In this document: positions 1-8,654 of the stretch, one piece after another
Position numbering within the stretch: the first letter of the stretch is position 1
Layout: each line of letters opens with the position of its first letter
Assembly: GCA_020248865.1 (NCBI GenBank)
Contig: JADCGS010000021.1
Coordinates: forward strand, 12,857 to 76,856
DNA length: 64,000 bases
Source of the DNA: Burkholderiales bacterium
GTDB lineage: Bacteria > Pseudomonadota > Gammaproteobacteria > Burkholderiales > Burkholderiaceae_F
Reading direction: 5' to 3'
Program-made: the position numbers and the translations under genes
Notes under the pieces: generated by a model
The model's database searches: none
Seen by the model: only the letters and a program-made list of their open reading frames with translations
What the model was told of the DNA's origin: nothing

Positions 1-885
1 GAGCTCGGCCTGCCGTTGATCGACCGCTCGGCGCAGCCGCTCAAGCCCACACCGAACGCCGCAGCCTACGTCGAGCGCGCGCGGGCGCTGCTCGACGAGC
101 TGCGCGAACTCGACGCCGGCCTGCGCGACCAGAGCCACGCGCCGCGCGGAACCCTCGCCATTGCAGCGCACGGCGGGGTGCTGCAGTTCGTGCTGGCCGA
201 GGCGCTGCCGCGCTTCCACGCCCGCTACCCCGAGGTCCGCGTCGAGCTGTTGGACGCCGGCTCGAGCCGCGATCTGGCCCGCCTCGGCACCGACGCGCTG
301 CTGCAGTTCGGCTGGCCGCCGGAGCAGGACGCGATCCTGCGCACGCTGGCCGAGACGCGCTGGCTGATCGTGGCCACGCCGGCCTACTGGGCGCGCCACG
401 GCGTGCCCGCGCACCCGTCGGATCTGGCGCGCTGCCCCTGCGCCCTGTACAAGACGCCCTCCGGCGAGGTGATGCGGCGCTGGGTCTTCGAGCGCGGCGG
501 CGAGCGCGTGGACGTCGGTGTCGACGGCTGGCTGGTCAGCGACAGCCGGTCGGCCCTGGACGCGCCGCTGTACGGCGGCCACCTGGCGGCCCGCATCAAC
601 GACCTCACCGCCCACCCGGGCCTTGCCGATGGCACGCTGCAGCCGGTGCTGCTGGACTGGCACGCACTGAACGCGCCGCCGCTCAGTCTGCTGGTGCGCC
701 GTTCGCTGGCGCGCCAGCCGCGCATGCGGGCGTGGGTGGACTTCCTGGTCGAGACCGCCGAGCGGCTGACGCGGCAGCGCCTGCCCGCCGGGCTGCCCCC
801 GGTGCCGGTGTCGGCGCGGCCGGACTGGTGGCGCAGGCGGGTGGCCGCGGCGTCGCGCCGCGCCGTTGCGGCAGCGGGGCGCTGA
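1..885 (+). CDS. LysR-family transcriptional regulator, effector-binding part; 5' end lies outside the window
   Basis: The frame of ORF 16..885 stays open back to base 1 (..ELGLPLIDRS..). The rest is LysR substrate-binding-domain-like (GTLAIAAHGGVLQFVLAEALPRFHARYPEVRVELLDAGS). Third codon positions are strongly G/C. Confidence 0.8.
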   Translation, partial: ELGLPLIDRSAQPLKPTPNAAAYVERARALLDELRELDAGLRDQSHAPRGTLAIAAHGGVLQFVLAEALPRFHARYPEVRVELLDAGSSRDLARLGTDALLQFGWPPEQDAILRTLAETRWLIVATPAYWARHGVPAHPSDLARCPCALYKTPSGEVMRRWVFERGGERVDVGVDGWLVSDSRSALDAPLYGGHLAARINDLTAHPGLADGTLQPVLLDWHALNAPPLSLLVRRSLARQPRMRAWVDFLVETAERLTRQRLPAGLPPVPVSARPDWWRRRVAAASRRAVAAAGR

Positions 886-903
886 CGCGCGCGGGGCAGT
901 GTC

Positions 904-2442
904 TTAATGCCAGCCGGGCGCAGCGATGCCCAGATGGCGCTGCACCACCCGCTCGGCGGTGGCGAAGGCGCCTTCGGTCCAGCCCTGGTCCGACGAGTAG
1001 GCGTCGCCGCAGATATGCAGCGGCACGGCCGGGTCGGGCATCAGCATCGCCTCCTCGACGGCGGGTACGTCCACGCCCACGTTCCAGGTGTGGAAGGCGC
1101 CGCCGAACGGATCGCTCGACCAGTCGCGCCAGGCCGCGCCCGTGGGCTGGGGCAGCGGCACGCCGTGCAGCAGCTCCAGTTGCCGCATCACCTCGGCCAC
1201 CATGGCCTGCGACGGCGCCAGCGCAGTCCACTCGGGTAGCGGGTTGGGCGCCTGGGTGGGATAACGCGGGCCGAAGGCCAGGCCCTCCCAGAACGTGGTG
1301 GCCAGCGTGTCGTTGTAGGCAGCCATCAGGAGGGAGTCGCCGCCGTTGGTGGCCGTGAAGTACCAGCACTGGCCCAGCGGCAGGTCGGTGGCACTGGAGC
1401 CCGACACGATGGGCGGGTTGAGCTGCGTCCACCACGGCACGGCGAAGGTGAGAAACAGCTTCATCACGCGCTGGCCGGTGACGGAACGGATGCGCTGCTG
1501 CATCGCCGGCGTGTTCAGCACCACGGAACCGGGCGCGATCATCTGCAGTGCGCGGCGCGGCAACGCCAGCACCACGCGCCGCGCCGCCACGCCCTGACCG
1601 GGGCCGCCGTTCACCAGCAGGCCCGCGTCGGCCGGCCCGGCCGTGACCGAACGCACCGTCGCATCCAGCGCCAGCTTGCCGCCGGCCGCGATGTAGGCCT
1701 CGGCCAGGGTCTGCGGCAGCGTGTCGTAGCCGGCATCCAGCGTGTAGTAAGGCGACCCTTCCAGAAACAACCAGGGCAGGGCTTCGGCGCAGTTCCAGTT
1801 GGCCACCTCGAAGTAGTGTCCACTGGAGTCGTGCACCAGGCTGAAGGCCTCGTTGCTGAAGTTCATCAGCAGGAAGTTCCAGAAGCCGATGTCGCGCAGC
1901 GGCAGACCGTCGAAGGTGACGCCGGCCATGGCTTCGTCCCACTGACGGCGGGTGGTGAACGACGTGCAGCCGGGGATCAGACGCTCGGCCGCCCACGCCA
2001 CCAGCGCCATGGGACCGCGGCCCTGCACGATCTGCCGCTCCGCGTCGCTCAGGCCGTAGGGCAGCGCGGCCGGGTTGGCCGCCAGCGCGCTGGCCGGCAG
2101 CCGCACGCCGCGCAGGTACACCAGATTCTGGTTGACGACGAAGCTGTGGCTGGGGATGTTGAAGACCTTGCGCACCAGGGCGCTGAAAATGGTGTCGCCG
2201 TTGGTGAAGCCCATGCCGCCGAACTCGGCCACCAGCCCCTCGGTGCCGGGCGCCACGATGGAGTCCAGCCGTCCGCCGATGCGGCCCGACGACTCCAGCA
2301 ACAGGATGCGGCGCTGGGCCGGATCGGGCGGCAGCGGCGAGCCGGCCGCGACCTCGCCGGTCTTGGCGCGCCAGGCGGTGTAGGTGCCGGCAGGACCGCC
2401 GCCGACCACCACGAGGTCGAAGGGGGATGTGCTGTCGGTCAT
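904..2442 (-). CDS. FAD-dependent amine oxidase (flavin monoamine-oxidase family oxidoreductase)
   Basis: 512-aa ORF. N-terminal dinucleotide-binding motif DLVVVGGGPAGTYTAW ... LLLESSGRIGGR. ATG at 2442 overlaps the stop of the upstream cyclase gene (ATGA). Confidence 0.85.
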   Translation of the reverse strand: MTDSTSPFDLVVVGGGPAGTYTAWRAKTGEVAAGSPLPPDPAQRRILLLESSGRIGGRLDSIVAPGTEGLVAEFGGMGFTNGDTIFSALVRKVFNIPSHSFVVNQNLVYLRGVRLPASALAANPAALPYGLSDAERQIVQGRGPMALVAWAAERLIPGCTSFTTRRQWDEAMAGVTFDGLPLRDIGFWNFLLMNFSNEAFSLVHDSSGHYFEVANWNCAEALPWLFLEGSPYYTLDAGYDTLPQTLAEAYIAAGGKLALDATVRSVTAGPADAGLLVNGGPGQGVAARRVVLALPRRALQMIAPGSVVLNTPAMQQRIRSVTGQRVMKLFLTFAVPWWTQLNPPIVSGSSATDLPLGQCWYFTATNGGDSLLMAAYNDTLATTFWEGLAFGPRYPTQAPNPLPEWTALAPSQAMVAEVMRQLELLHGVPLPQPTGAAWRDWSSDPFGGAFHTWNVGVDVPAVEEAMLMPDPAVPLHICGDAYSSDQGWTEGAFATAERVVQRHLGIAAPGWH

Positions 2443-5400
2443 GCCGCTTCCTTTTGTGGAGAGGTGTCGGGACGGATGGTCTGCAGCCGCTCGCGCAGCC
2501 GCTGGCGCATCTGCTCCAGCGGGGGATCAGCGGCGGCCGAGGCAGCCGCCGGCAGCGTGTAGGTGGCCTCGATCCAGCCGGCCAGGCGCCGGGCCTCGCC
2601 GCCGGCCGCGGGATGGCGGCAAGCCACGCGCAGCGCCAGCGCCGCCAGGTCCCGTTGTCCGAGGCGTGCCGCCACTGCGGCCAGGCCCAGCACGCCGCGC
2701 ACCAGTTCGGTCACGACGCCGGCACGGCTGCTCAATTCGCCGGCCTCGTGGAAGTGGGCATGGGCGCCGTCCACGTCCCCCATCGCCAGCGCCGCCTCCC
2801 CCAGATAGCTGGCGACGGTGGCGGTCTTCTCGATGTCGGCGTGCCGGTGGTTCAGCTGCTGGGCCTCGCCGAACAGCCGATAGGCCAGCGCCCAATCGCC
2901 CGCCTGGCGCGCCACCAGCCCGCGCTGCGCGATGGCCGCCATCACGGTACGCGGGTCGTTGTTTTCGCGGGCCAGTCGGTCGGCATCCTGCGACAGCGCG
3001 ATCGCCCGCGCCGAGTCGCCCAGGTGCGCATGGGTGTGCGCCAGCGCGTTGAGGGTCCAGCCGCGGCACCGTCGCTCCTCGATGGACTTCGCCGGGTGCT
3101 GGATCAGTCGCGTCAGCGTGTCCACCGCGGCGCTGTAGCGGCCCACCGTGATCTGCAGGATGCCCAGCTGATGCTGCAGCAGATGGTGGCTGGGGTCGTC
3201 GGCGGCCACCTGCGGCAGCAGCGCGATGCCGTCCAGCAACAGCCGCTCGGCCGTCTGGAAGTCGCCGTCGCGCAGCGCGTGGATCCGCGCCATCTCGCTC
3301 CTCGCGCGCAACTGCTGGCTCATGCTGACGCGGCTGTCGGGCGCCAGCATGGGCTGCAGCAGGCACTTGGCATCGTCGTGGCGGCCGGCGGTGACCATGG
3401 TGTAGATCTGCTCCAGCAGCACGTCGATGCGGCGGGCGGGGTCCTCCAGCCGGTCGACCGCCTCGGCAAACAGGCGCAGCGCGTCGGTGAACAGCGCCTG
3501 CGCAGCAGCACGCCGCGCCGCCCGCAGGTACCAGTCGGCCGCCTCGGAACGCTGGACGGCCTTGTCCAGGTGTTCGGCGATCACGAGCGCGTGCTCGTCG
3601 CCGCGATCGCCGGCAGCGGGCACCAGCCAGTCGGCCGCGCAGCGGTGCAGACGCGGCCGCTCGTCCAGCGGGAGGGTGTCGTAGGCGACGGCGCGCAGCA
3701 CGTCGTGCCGGAACTCGGCTTCGGCGGCCCCGCCGAAGCGACTGCCCGCCACGCGGTAGATCAGCTCCGCGCCGAGCAGCGATTGCAGGACTGCGGGCAC
3801 GTCGATCGGCAGCGCGTCGGGGCCGGCCATCTCGTGCAGCACGGCGGCCAGCGCGCTGTCCCAGAAGCAGCGGCCGAACACGCTGGCCACCTGGAGCACC
3901 CGGAACTCGGCCGCGTCGAGGTGATCCAGCCGGCCTTGCAGCACGCCCACCAGGGTGTCGGGCACACGCTCGCTGTCGAGCCGGCCCATGTCGATCCGCC
4001 AGGGGCCGCGCGTGCTGATGACGCCATCGTCGATGAGCATCCTGATCAGCTCTTCCAGATGGAAGGGGTTGCCCGAGGACTGGGCCACCAGCCGCTCGCG
4101 CAAGGCCGGCGGCACGTGGTCGGCGGGCGCGAGGATCTGGTCCACCAGGCGTCCGGCCGCCGCCGCATCGAGCGGGTCCAGGTGCAACGCGGTCTGCCGC
4201 GCGTGCAGGCTGCCGTCGGCGCCCCACGCCGGGCGACGGCTCAGCAGGGCCGGGCGCGCGGCGACGATCAGGCTCAGCCCCGGCGCAGCGGCAGCCAGCA
4301 CCTGCTCGAGCAGGTCCAGCGACGCATCGTCGGCCCACTGCAGGTCGTCCAAGAACAGCATGGCGGGCAAGTCGCCGGCGGCCACCGCGGCGAAGAAGTC
4401 GATCGTGTCGCGGATGGCCGCGTTGCGGCGGTAGGTGCTGTCCGCGGTGCTCTCGGATCCCTTCTGCGCCGCCAGGCCGAGCAGCCAGCCCAGCGAGTCG
4501 GCGATGCGCCCGGCCTTCGGGCCGATCAGACCGGACACGCCGACCGCGAGCTTCTGGATGGCGGTAACGGGGTCTTCGTCGTCGCCGATCTGGAAGCGGT
4601 GCGAAATGATGTTGCGCAGCAACGCATAGGGCTGGCGCATCGAGTCGAGGTACGCCCGGCCCTCGAAGTAGCGCACCGGACCGATACCGGTCTCCAGCAT
4701 GTCGCGGCACTCGGACAGCATGCGCGACTTGCCGATGCCCGGCTCGCCCACCAGCACGGTGAGGCTCGGCTCGGACGCCCGGGTCGCCCGCAGCAGCCGC
4801 GCGCGCAGCACTTGCCGCGGCGCGGCGCGACCCACGAGGTCCGTGTCGACGCCCTCGATGCCGCGGCGCGGCGCCGGAAATGCACGCGGCAAGGGCCGCA
4901 TCACGCGGTAGGCCTGCACCGGTTGCGCACGGCCCTTGAGCGCGAGCTCGCCCGCGTCGGCGAACTCGAACACGCCGCGCACCTGGCGGAAGGTCGATCG
5001 GCTGATCAGCAGGGTGCCCGGCTCGGCGGCTGCCTGCAGCCGTGCTGCCACGTTGACCGTGTCTCCGGTGGCGGTTTGGCCATCCCGGTCGGTCACATGC
5101 GCCAGCCCGGTATTGATGCCCACGCGCATCTTCGCCTCCACCCGGGTACCGGCCACCAGCAGGCCCTGGCTGTGGATCATCTCCAGCATCGCCAGACCGG
5201 TGCGCACCGCCTGCTCGGCGTCGTCTTCGGACGATGCGGTGTCGCTCCACACCGCCATGATCCCGTCGCCCATGTGGCTGTAGACGCGGCCGCGGCGCTC
5301 GCGCACCAGCGCATCGACATCGCCCCAGAACTGACCGAGCATGTTGCCGATGCGTTCGGGGTCCACGTGCTCCGACAGCGTGGTGTAGCCCGTGATGTCG

Positions 5401-5588
5401 GCAAACAGCACCGTTACCTGACGCCGCTGGTGGCGGCGCGCCGGCGCGGAGGAGGCCAGTGCCGCCAGTTGCGCGCGCAGCGGACCGATCGCAACGTCCA
5501 CCACGGCATCGCCGAGCAGTGCCCGCTGTGCTTCGAGGGCGTGGATCGCGGCCCGCAGCCGTGCGGCCTGCTCCGGGTCCGGCTTCAT
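2439..5588 (-). CDS. Class III adenylate/guanylate-cyclase domain fused to AAA/STAND ATPase and TPR-like C-terminal repeats
   Basis: Cyclase motifs VTVLFADITGYTTLSE, HMGDGIMAVW, GDTVNVAARL. Walker A LVGEPGIGKSRM; Walker-B-like MLFLDDLQWAD. Long helical-repeat tail. Start placed at ATG 5588 (MKPDPEQAARL); the longest ORF runs to 5936. Confidence 0.85.
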   Translation of the reverse strand: MKPDPEQAARLRAAIHALEAQRALLGDAVVDVAIGPLRAQLAALASSAPARRHQRRQVTVLFADITGYTTLSEHVDPERIGNMLGQFWGDVDALVRERRGRVYSHMGDGIMAVWSDTASSEDDAEQAVRTGLAMLEMIHSQGLLVAGTRVEAKMRVGINTGLAHVTDRDGQTATGDTVNVAARLQAAAEPGTLLISRSTFRQVRGVFEFADAGELALKGRAQPVQAYRVMRPLPRAFPAPRRGIEGVDTDLVGRAAPRQVLRARLLRATRASEPSLTVLVGEPGIGKSRMLSECRDMLETGIGPVRYFEGRAYLDSMRQPYALLRNIISHRFQIGDDEDPVTAIQKLAVGVSGLIGPKAGRIADSLGWLLGLAAQKGSESTADSTYRRNAAIRDTIDFFAAVAAGDLPAMLFLDDLQWADDASLDLLEQVLAAAAPGLSLIVAARPALLSRRPAWGADGSLHARQTALHLDPLDAAAAGRLVDQILAPADHVPPALRERLVAQSSGNPFHLEELIRMLIDDGVISTRGPWRIDMGRLDSERVPDTLVGVLQGRLDHLDAAEFRVLQVASVFGRCFWDSALAAVLHEMAGPDALPIDVPAVLQSLLGAELIYRVAGSRFGGAAEAEFRHDVLRAVAYDTLPLDERPRLHRCAADWLVPAAGDRGDEHALVIAEHLDKAVQRSEAADWYLRAARRAAAQALFTDALRLFAEAVDRLEDPARRIDVLLEQIYTMVTAGRHDDAKCLLQPMLAPDSRVSMSQQLRARSEMARIHALRDGDFQTAERLLLDGIALLPQVAADDPSHHLLQHQLGILQITVGRYSAAVDTLTRLIQHPAKSIEERRCRGWTLNALAHTHAHLGDSARAIALSQDADRLARENNDPRTVMAAIAQRGLVARQAGDWALAYRLFGEAQQLNHRHADIEKTATVASYLGEAALAMGDVDGAHAHFHEAGELSSRAGVVTELVRGVLGLAAVAARLGQRDLAALALRVACRHPAAGGEARRLAGWIEATYTLPAAASAAADPPLEQMRQRLRERLQTIRPDTSPQKEAA

Positions 5589-5781
5589 GGTGCCTGTTCT
5601 TGTCGTGCGATGGGGAAGTCCACCTGACCTAAACGGAATTTCAGGCAACACTTCGCAAACCCGGGTCGGAACTGGACCGGCGGCCGGTACCGGCCTCGAT
5701 GGCCTGGGACCGGCGCCCTTGCCTTGACGACCTGGAAGCCGCGCCCGGGTCGGCCTGCAACCCGGGCGCAGAGTTGGATTC

Positions 5782-7506
5782 CTACTGGGCAGACATCGGC
5801 AGCGCCAGTTTGGCCCCACCCAGGCGCACGGTGCCGGCGAGCGGAGGCAACATCGAACGATAGCCCGGCAGCGACGCGCCAGCCACCACCAGCCCCGGCG
5901 CGCTGCCGGCGTCGAAGGCGTAGGCCAGCGGCGCAAAGCTCACGCGCTGCGTGCCCGCGCCGCTCAGCGTCACCACTGCCTCGCGCAGCAGGCGCACCTC
6001 GCCGTCGGACCGCCGATCGACCAGCTTGACCACGATATCCCCGGTGCCGGCTTCGAGCACCGTCAGCTCGGCCTCGGCCGTACCCAACAGCAGCGCCGCC
6101 GCAGACAGCGGGGTGCCCTGCAGTTGCGCTACGTCGTCACGCTCCAGCAGCGGCGTCTGGTCCAGCATGCCGGAGCTGAGCGTCAGATGGCTGCCGCCCA
6201 GGGTGGGGACAGGCGCGCTGGGGTCAATGGTCAGCGCACGCTCCGGCGCCGCCAGGGTCGACACCGCCGACGCGGTTCCCGCCGGCGGCCACACCGGCGA
6301 GCTGCGCAGTTCCCCGTCGGGCTGCCCGGCCAGGACGTACTGCACCGCCGGCCAGTTGCCCGCGCCGTTGGCTTCACCCTTCAGCCAGTGGTCGAACCAG
6401 GCGAACATCGGCTTCGTCGGCCACAGCTCGGGGTCGTCGATGTCGTAGTGCGTGCCGTCCAGCACGATCAGCTTCTGGTCGCCGCGCGCGGCCTGCAGGC
6501 GGCCGAAGGCCTTGAAGGCGCTGGCCTGGAAGAAGTCGTGCCACATCGAGACGTGCAGGACCGGCGCGCGGATGCGGTCGGTCACGTCCAACGCGGCCCG
6601 GGCGGCGGGATTGCGGCCAGCGGCCAGCAGGTCCCCCCAGCGCGGCTGCAACTGGCTGGCGATCGGAAGGTCCGGGGTGATGGCGCGGGTCCACCAGCCC
6701 GACTCGGCCGGGTCGCCGGCCTCGATGGCGCCGAACATCTCTTCCAGCGCGTCGCCGGCCTGCCCCTTCAGCGCGCCGATCTGCGCCGCGGTCAGGCCCA
6801 GCCGGGCGTCGTGATCCTTGCTGTTGTCGAAGGACTGGCTCAGCACGAAGGGCAGCAGCGCCTCCCACTTGACCCGGCCTTCGGGAAAGATCACCCCGCC
6901 CAGGAAGTCCGGCGAGGTGGCCTGCGCGTACACGGCCTTGATCGAGGCCCGCCCGGAAGCGGCGGCCTGCAGCGAGGCCACGCCGCTGGCCGAGTCGCCG
7001 AAGATGCCGATACGCCCGTTCGACCACGGCTGCCGTTCGACCCAACGGATCAGCGCATCGCCGTCGCCCACCTCGTCGCCAAGGAACAGGCTGAACACCC
7101 CGTCGGACTTGAGGCGACCGCGCATCACCTGCACCACCAGCGCGTAGCCGCGGTCGGTGGCCTCGGTCCAGCCCACGTCCTCGGCGCGGGCCTCGATCTC
7201 GGCGTTGGCGTGCTCTTCGGGGAAGCCGCTGACCGGCGTGATCGGCAGGTCGTAGGGCGTACGCATGACCAGTGTCGGGAATGGCCCATTGCCCTGCGCC
7301 GGAAGGTAGACATAGGTGGCCAGCCGCGTCCCGTCGGCGCCGGCCACGCCGACTTCGACCATCCGGTGGCCGGCCACAGCGCGACGGAACTCGCTCAAGC
7401 CGACAACGGGGATTTCGGGGCCGGCATTGCCGGTGCCGACGCCGCCGCCGCCGCAAGCGGCCAGCAGCGAAACACATAATGGAAGTACCCACTTCACGAT
7501 CTTCAT
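5782..7506 (-). CDS. CocE/NonD-family (S15 X-Pro dipeptidyl-peptidase-like) alpha/beta hydrolase, predicted lipoprotein
   Basis: Start at ATG 7506 (MKIVKWVLPLCVSLLAACGGGG, lipobox LAAC) with AGGAG 7 nt upstream. Nucleophile elbow IGIFGDSASGV. Sequence is CocE/NonD-like throughout. Confidence 0.85.
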   Translation of the reverse strand: MKIVKWVLPLCVSLLAACGGGGVGTGNAGPEIPVVGLSEFRRAVAGHRMVEVGVAGADGTRLATYVYLPAQGNGPFPTLVMRTPYDLPITPVSGFPEEHANAEIEARAEDVGWTEATDRGYALVVQVMRGRLKSDGVFSLFLGDEVGDGDALIRWVERQPWSNGRIGIFGDSASGVASLQAAASGRASIKAVYAQATSPDFLGGVIFPEGRVKWEALLPFVLSQSFDNSKDHDARLGLTAAQIGALKGQAGDALEEMFGAIEAGDPAESGWWTRAITPDLPIASQLQPRWGDLLAAGRNPAARAALDVTDRIRAPVLHVSMWHDFFQASAFKAFGRLQAARGDQKLIVLDGTHYDIDDPELWPTKPMFAWFDHWLKGEANGAGNWPAVQYVLAGQPDGELRSSPVWPPAGTASAVSTLAAPERALTIDPSAPVPTLGGSHLTLSSGMLDQTPLLERDDVAQLQGTPLSAAALLLGTAEAELTVLEAGTGDIVVKLVDRRSDGEVRLLREAVVTLSGAGTQRVSFAPLAYAFDAGSAPGLVVAGASLPGYRSMLPPLAGTVRLGGAKLALPMSAQ

Positions 7507-7993
7507 GACTCGACTCCTGGGTGGATGAAGGTGCTCGGTTGAAGGTGACCGGGCCGGCATGATGAGTGGCCGATCGGCGCTCTCCCAGGGGTCGCAGGCC
7601 CCCTTTGCACCAGCGGCGGAGTTACTGCACGAGCGTCCCGAGGGGCCTTCGCACCAGCGGCGCGATCTGTGCATCAACGGTCAAGAAGGCGACCGCATTG
7701 CAGCTTGCGGTCCTGCGGGACAGGGCCCGGACAAGGCGCCGACGGCGGCCGATGGCGGCGCACCGGCCGCCTGGCGCGGGCGGCGCGTCGGCGTCGTTGG
7801 CGCTTGAGCGAGCGCTTGCCGCGCGCGATCACCGATCGCCCATCAAGCCGCGTCGTGCTGGACGAGGTGCTCGTGCCGCGCAACTGCAAGCAGTTGCTCA
7901 TGACGCCGCAGGAATCCGTCGCGCAATGGGCGCGGCCCACCGACGAAGCGCCACCGGGGGCTCAGGCCGACCGGGTCATCCTGCGGCAGATCA

Positions 7994-8012
7994 CCCCCCC
8001 CCCGGGGGGGGG
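7994..8012. repeat. Homopolymer palindrome C10G9
   Basis: Read directly: tca-CCCCCCCCCC-GGGGGGGGG-caattg. It lies in a roughly 780-bp stretch with no convincing gene. Confidence 0.95.
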
Positions 8013-8287
8013 CAATTGATGAGCGCCATGCGCCGCAAGTGGGCGCCGCTTGGTGGCTGCGCGCGCACAGCCGGTCCACTGGCAGTGTCCGCCCACACCG
8101 GCACGCGGGCGTGTGACGTGAGACGTATGACGCGCGGCGTGTGGCCGGGGCGTCACTGCGCCACGCTGCCGGCGTCGGGCAAGGCTTCAGGCGGACGGCT
8201 GCCCGGCAGTCTGGGACGCCGCTGGCACCGCGCCAGTCGCTGCCGGGCCCTTGGTCGCCATGGTCGGCCCGCGGAGCCGGCCGGACT

Positions 8288-8629
8288 TCAGCCGATGGAG
8301 TCCAGCGCTGCGTCCGTGTTCGGCTTGGTGTCGAGTATCTTCAGGAAGCCGCTGATCTCGAACACCTCGCGCACCGAGGGGGCAAGGGAGCTCAGCATGA
8401 AACGTCCGCCGGTGTGCTGGGCGCGCTTGGCCAGCATCAACATCAGTCTCAGGCCCGCGCTGGAGATGTAGTCGAGCCGCTCCATATCGACAACGGCCTT
8501 CTCCCCCGGCCCTGCGAAGAGGCGGCTCAGCCCCTTTTCCACTTCGCCGACGTTGGCGCTGTCCAGCCGCCCCTTCAGAGCGATGACGCAGACACCCTGG
8601 CGGTCGATTTGAACGAGTTCCACGGACAT
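8288..8629 (-). CDS. STAS-domain anti-sigma-factor antagonist (SpoIIAA/RsbV-like)
   Basis: 113 aa. MSVELVQIDRQGVCVIALKGRLDSANVGEVE ... DMERLDYISSAGLRLMLML, where the conserved phospho-Ser context is DYISSAGL. GGAGGG RBS upstream of ATG 8629. Confidence 0.9.
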   Translation of the reverse strand: MSVELVQIDRQGVCVIALKGRLDSANVGEVEKGLSRLFAGPGEKAVVDMERLDYISSAGLRLMLMLAKRAQHTGGRFMLSSLAPSVREVFEISGFLKILDTKPNTDAALDSIG

Positions 8630-8654
8630 GATCAGATTCCCTCCAGTACTTTGC

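Noticed and set aside
2427-5627. 1066-aa plus-strand ORF, plus many similar long ORFs: 683-1996(-), 9219-11225(+), 13244-15397(+), 14577-16967(-), 16564-19503(-), 20671-22749(+), 28980-31571(+), 31079-33595(+), 38109-40649(+), 41019-43094(+), 44594-46270(-), 46302-48293(-), 49396-51219(+), 51319-53430(+), 56645-58699(-).
   Set aside because: They are antisense or out-of-frame shadows of genes with clear domain motifs. Their translations are Arg/Ala/Pro/Gly-rich low-complexity sequence with no recognisable motifs. Open shadow frames are expected in very GC-rich DNA.
7994-8012. C10G9 as an intrinsic terminator of the STAS operon.
   Set aside because: No U-tract follows it on the minus strand, and it lies about 275 nt beyond the stop. 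A loop-less C/G palindrome is not a typical terminator.
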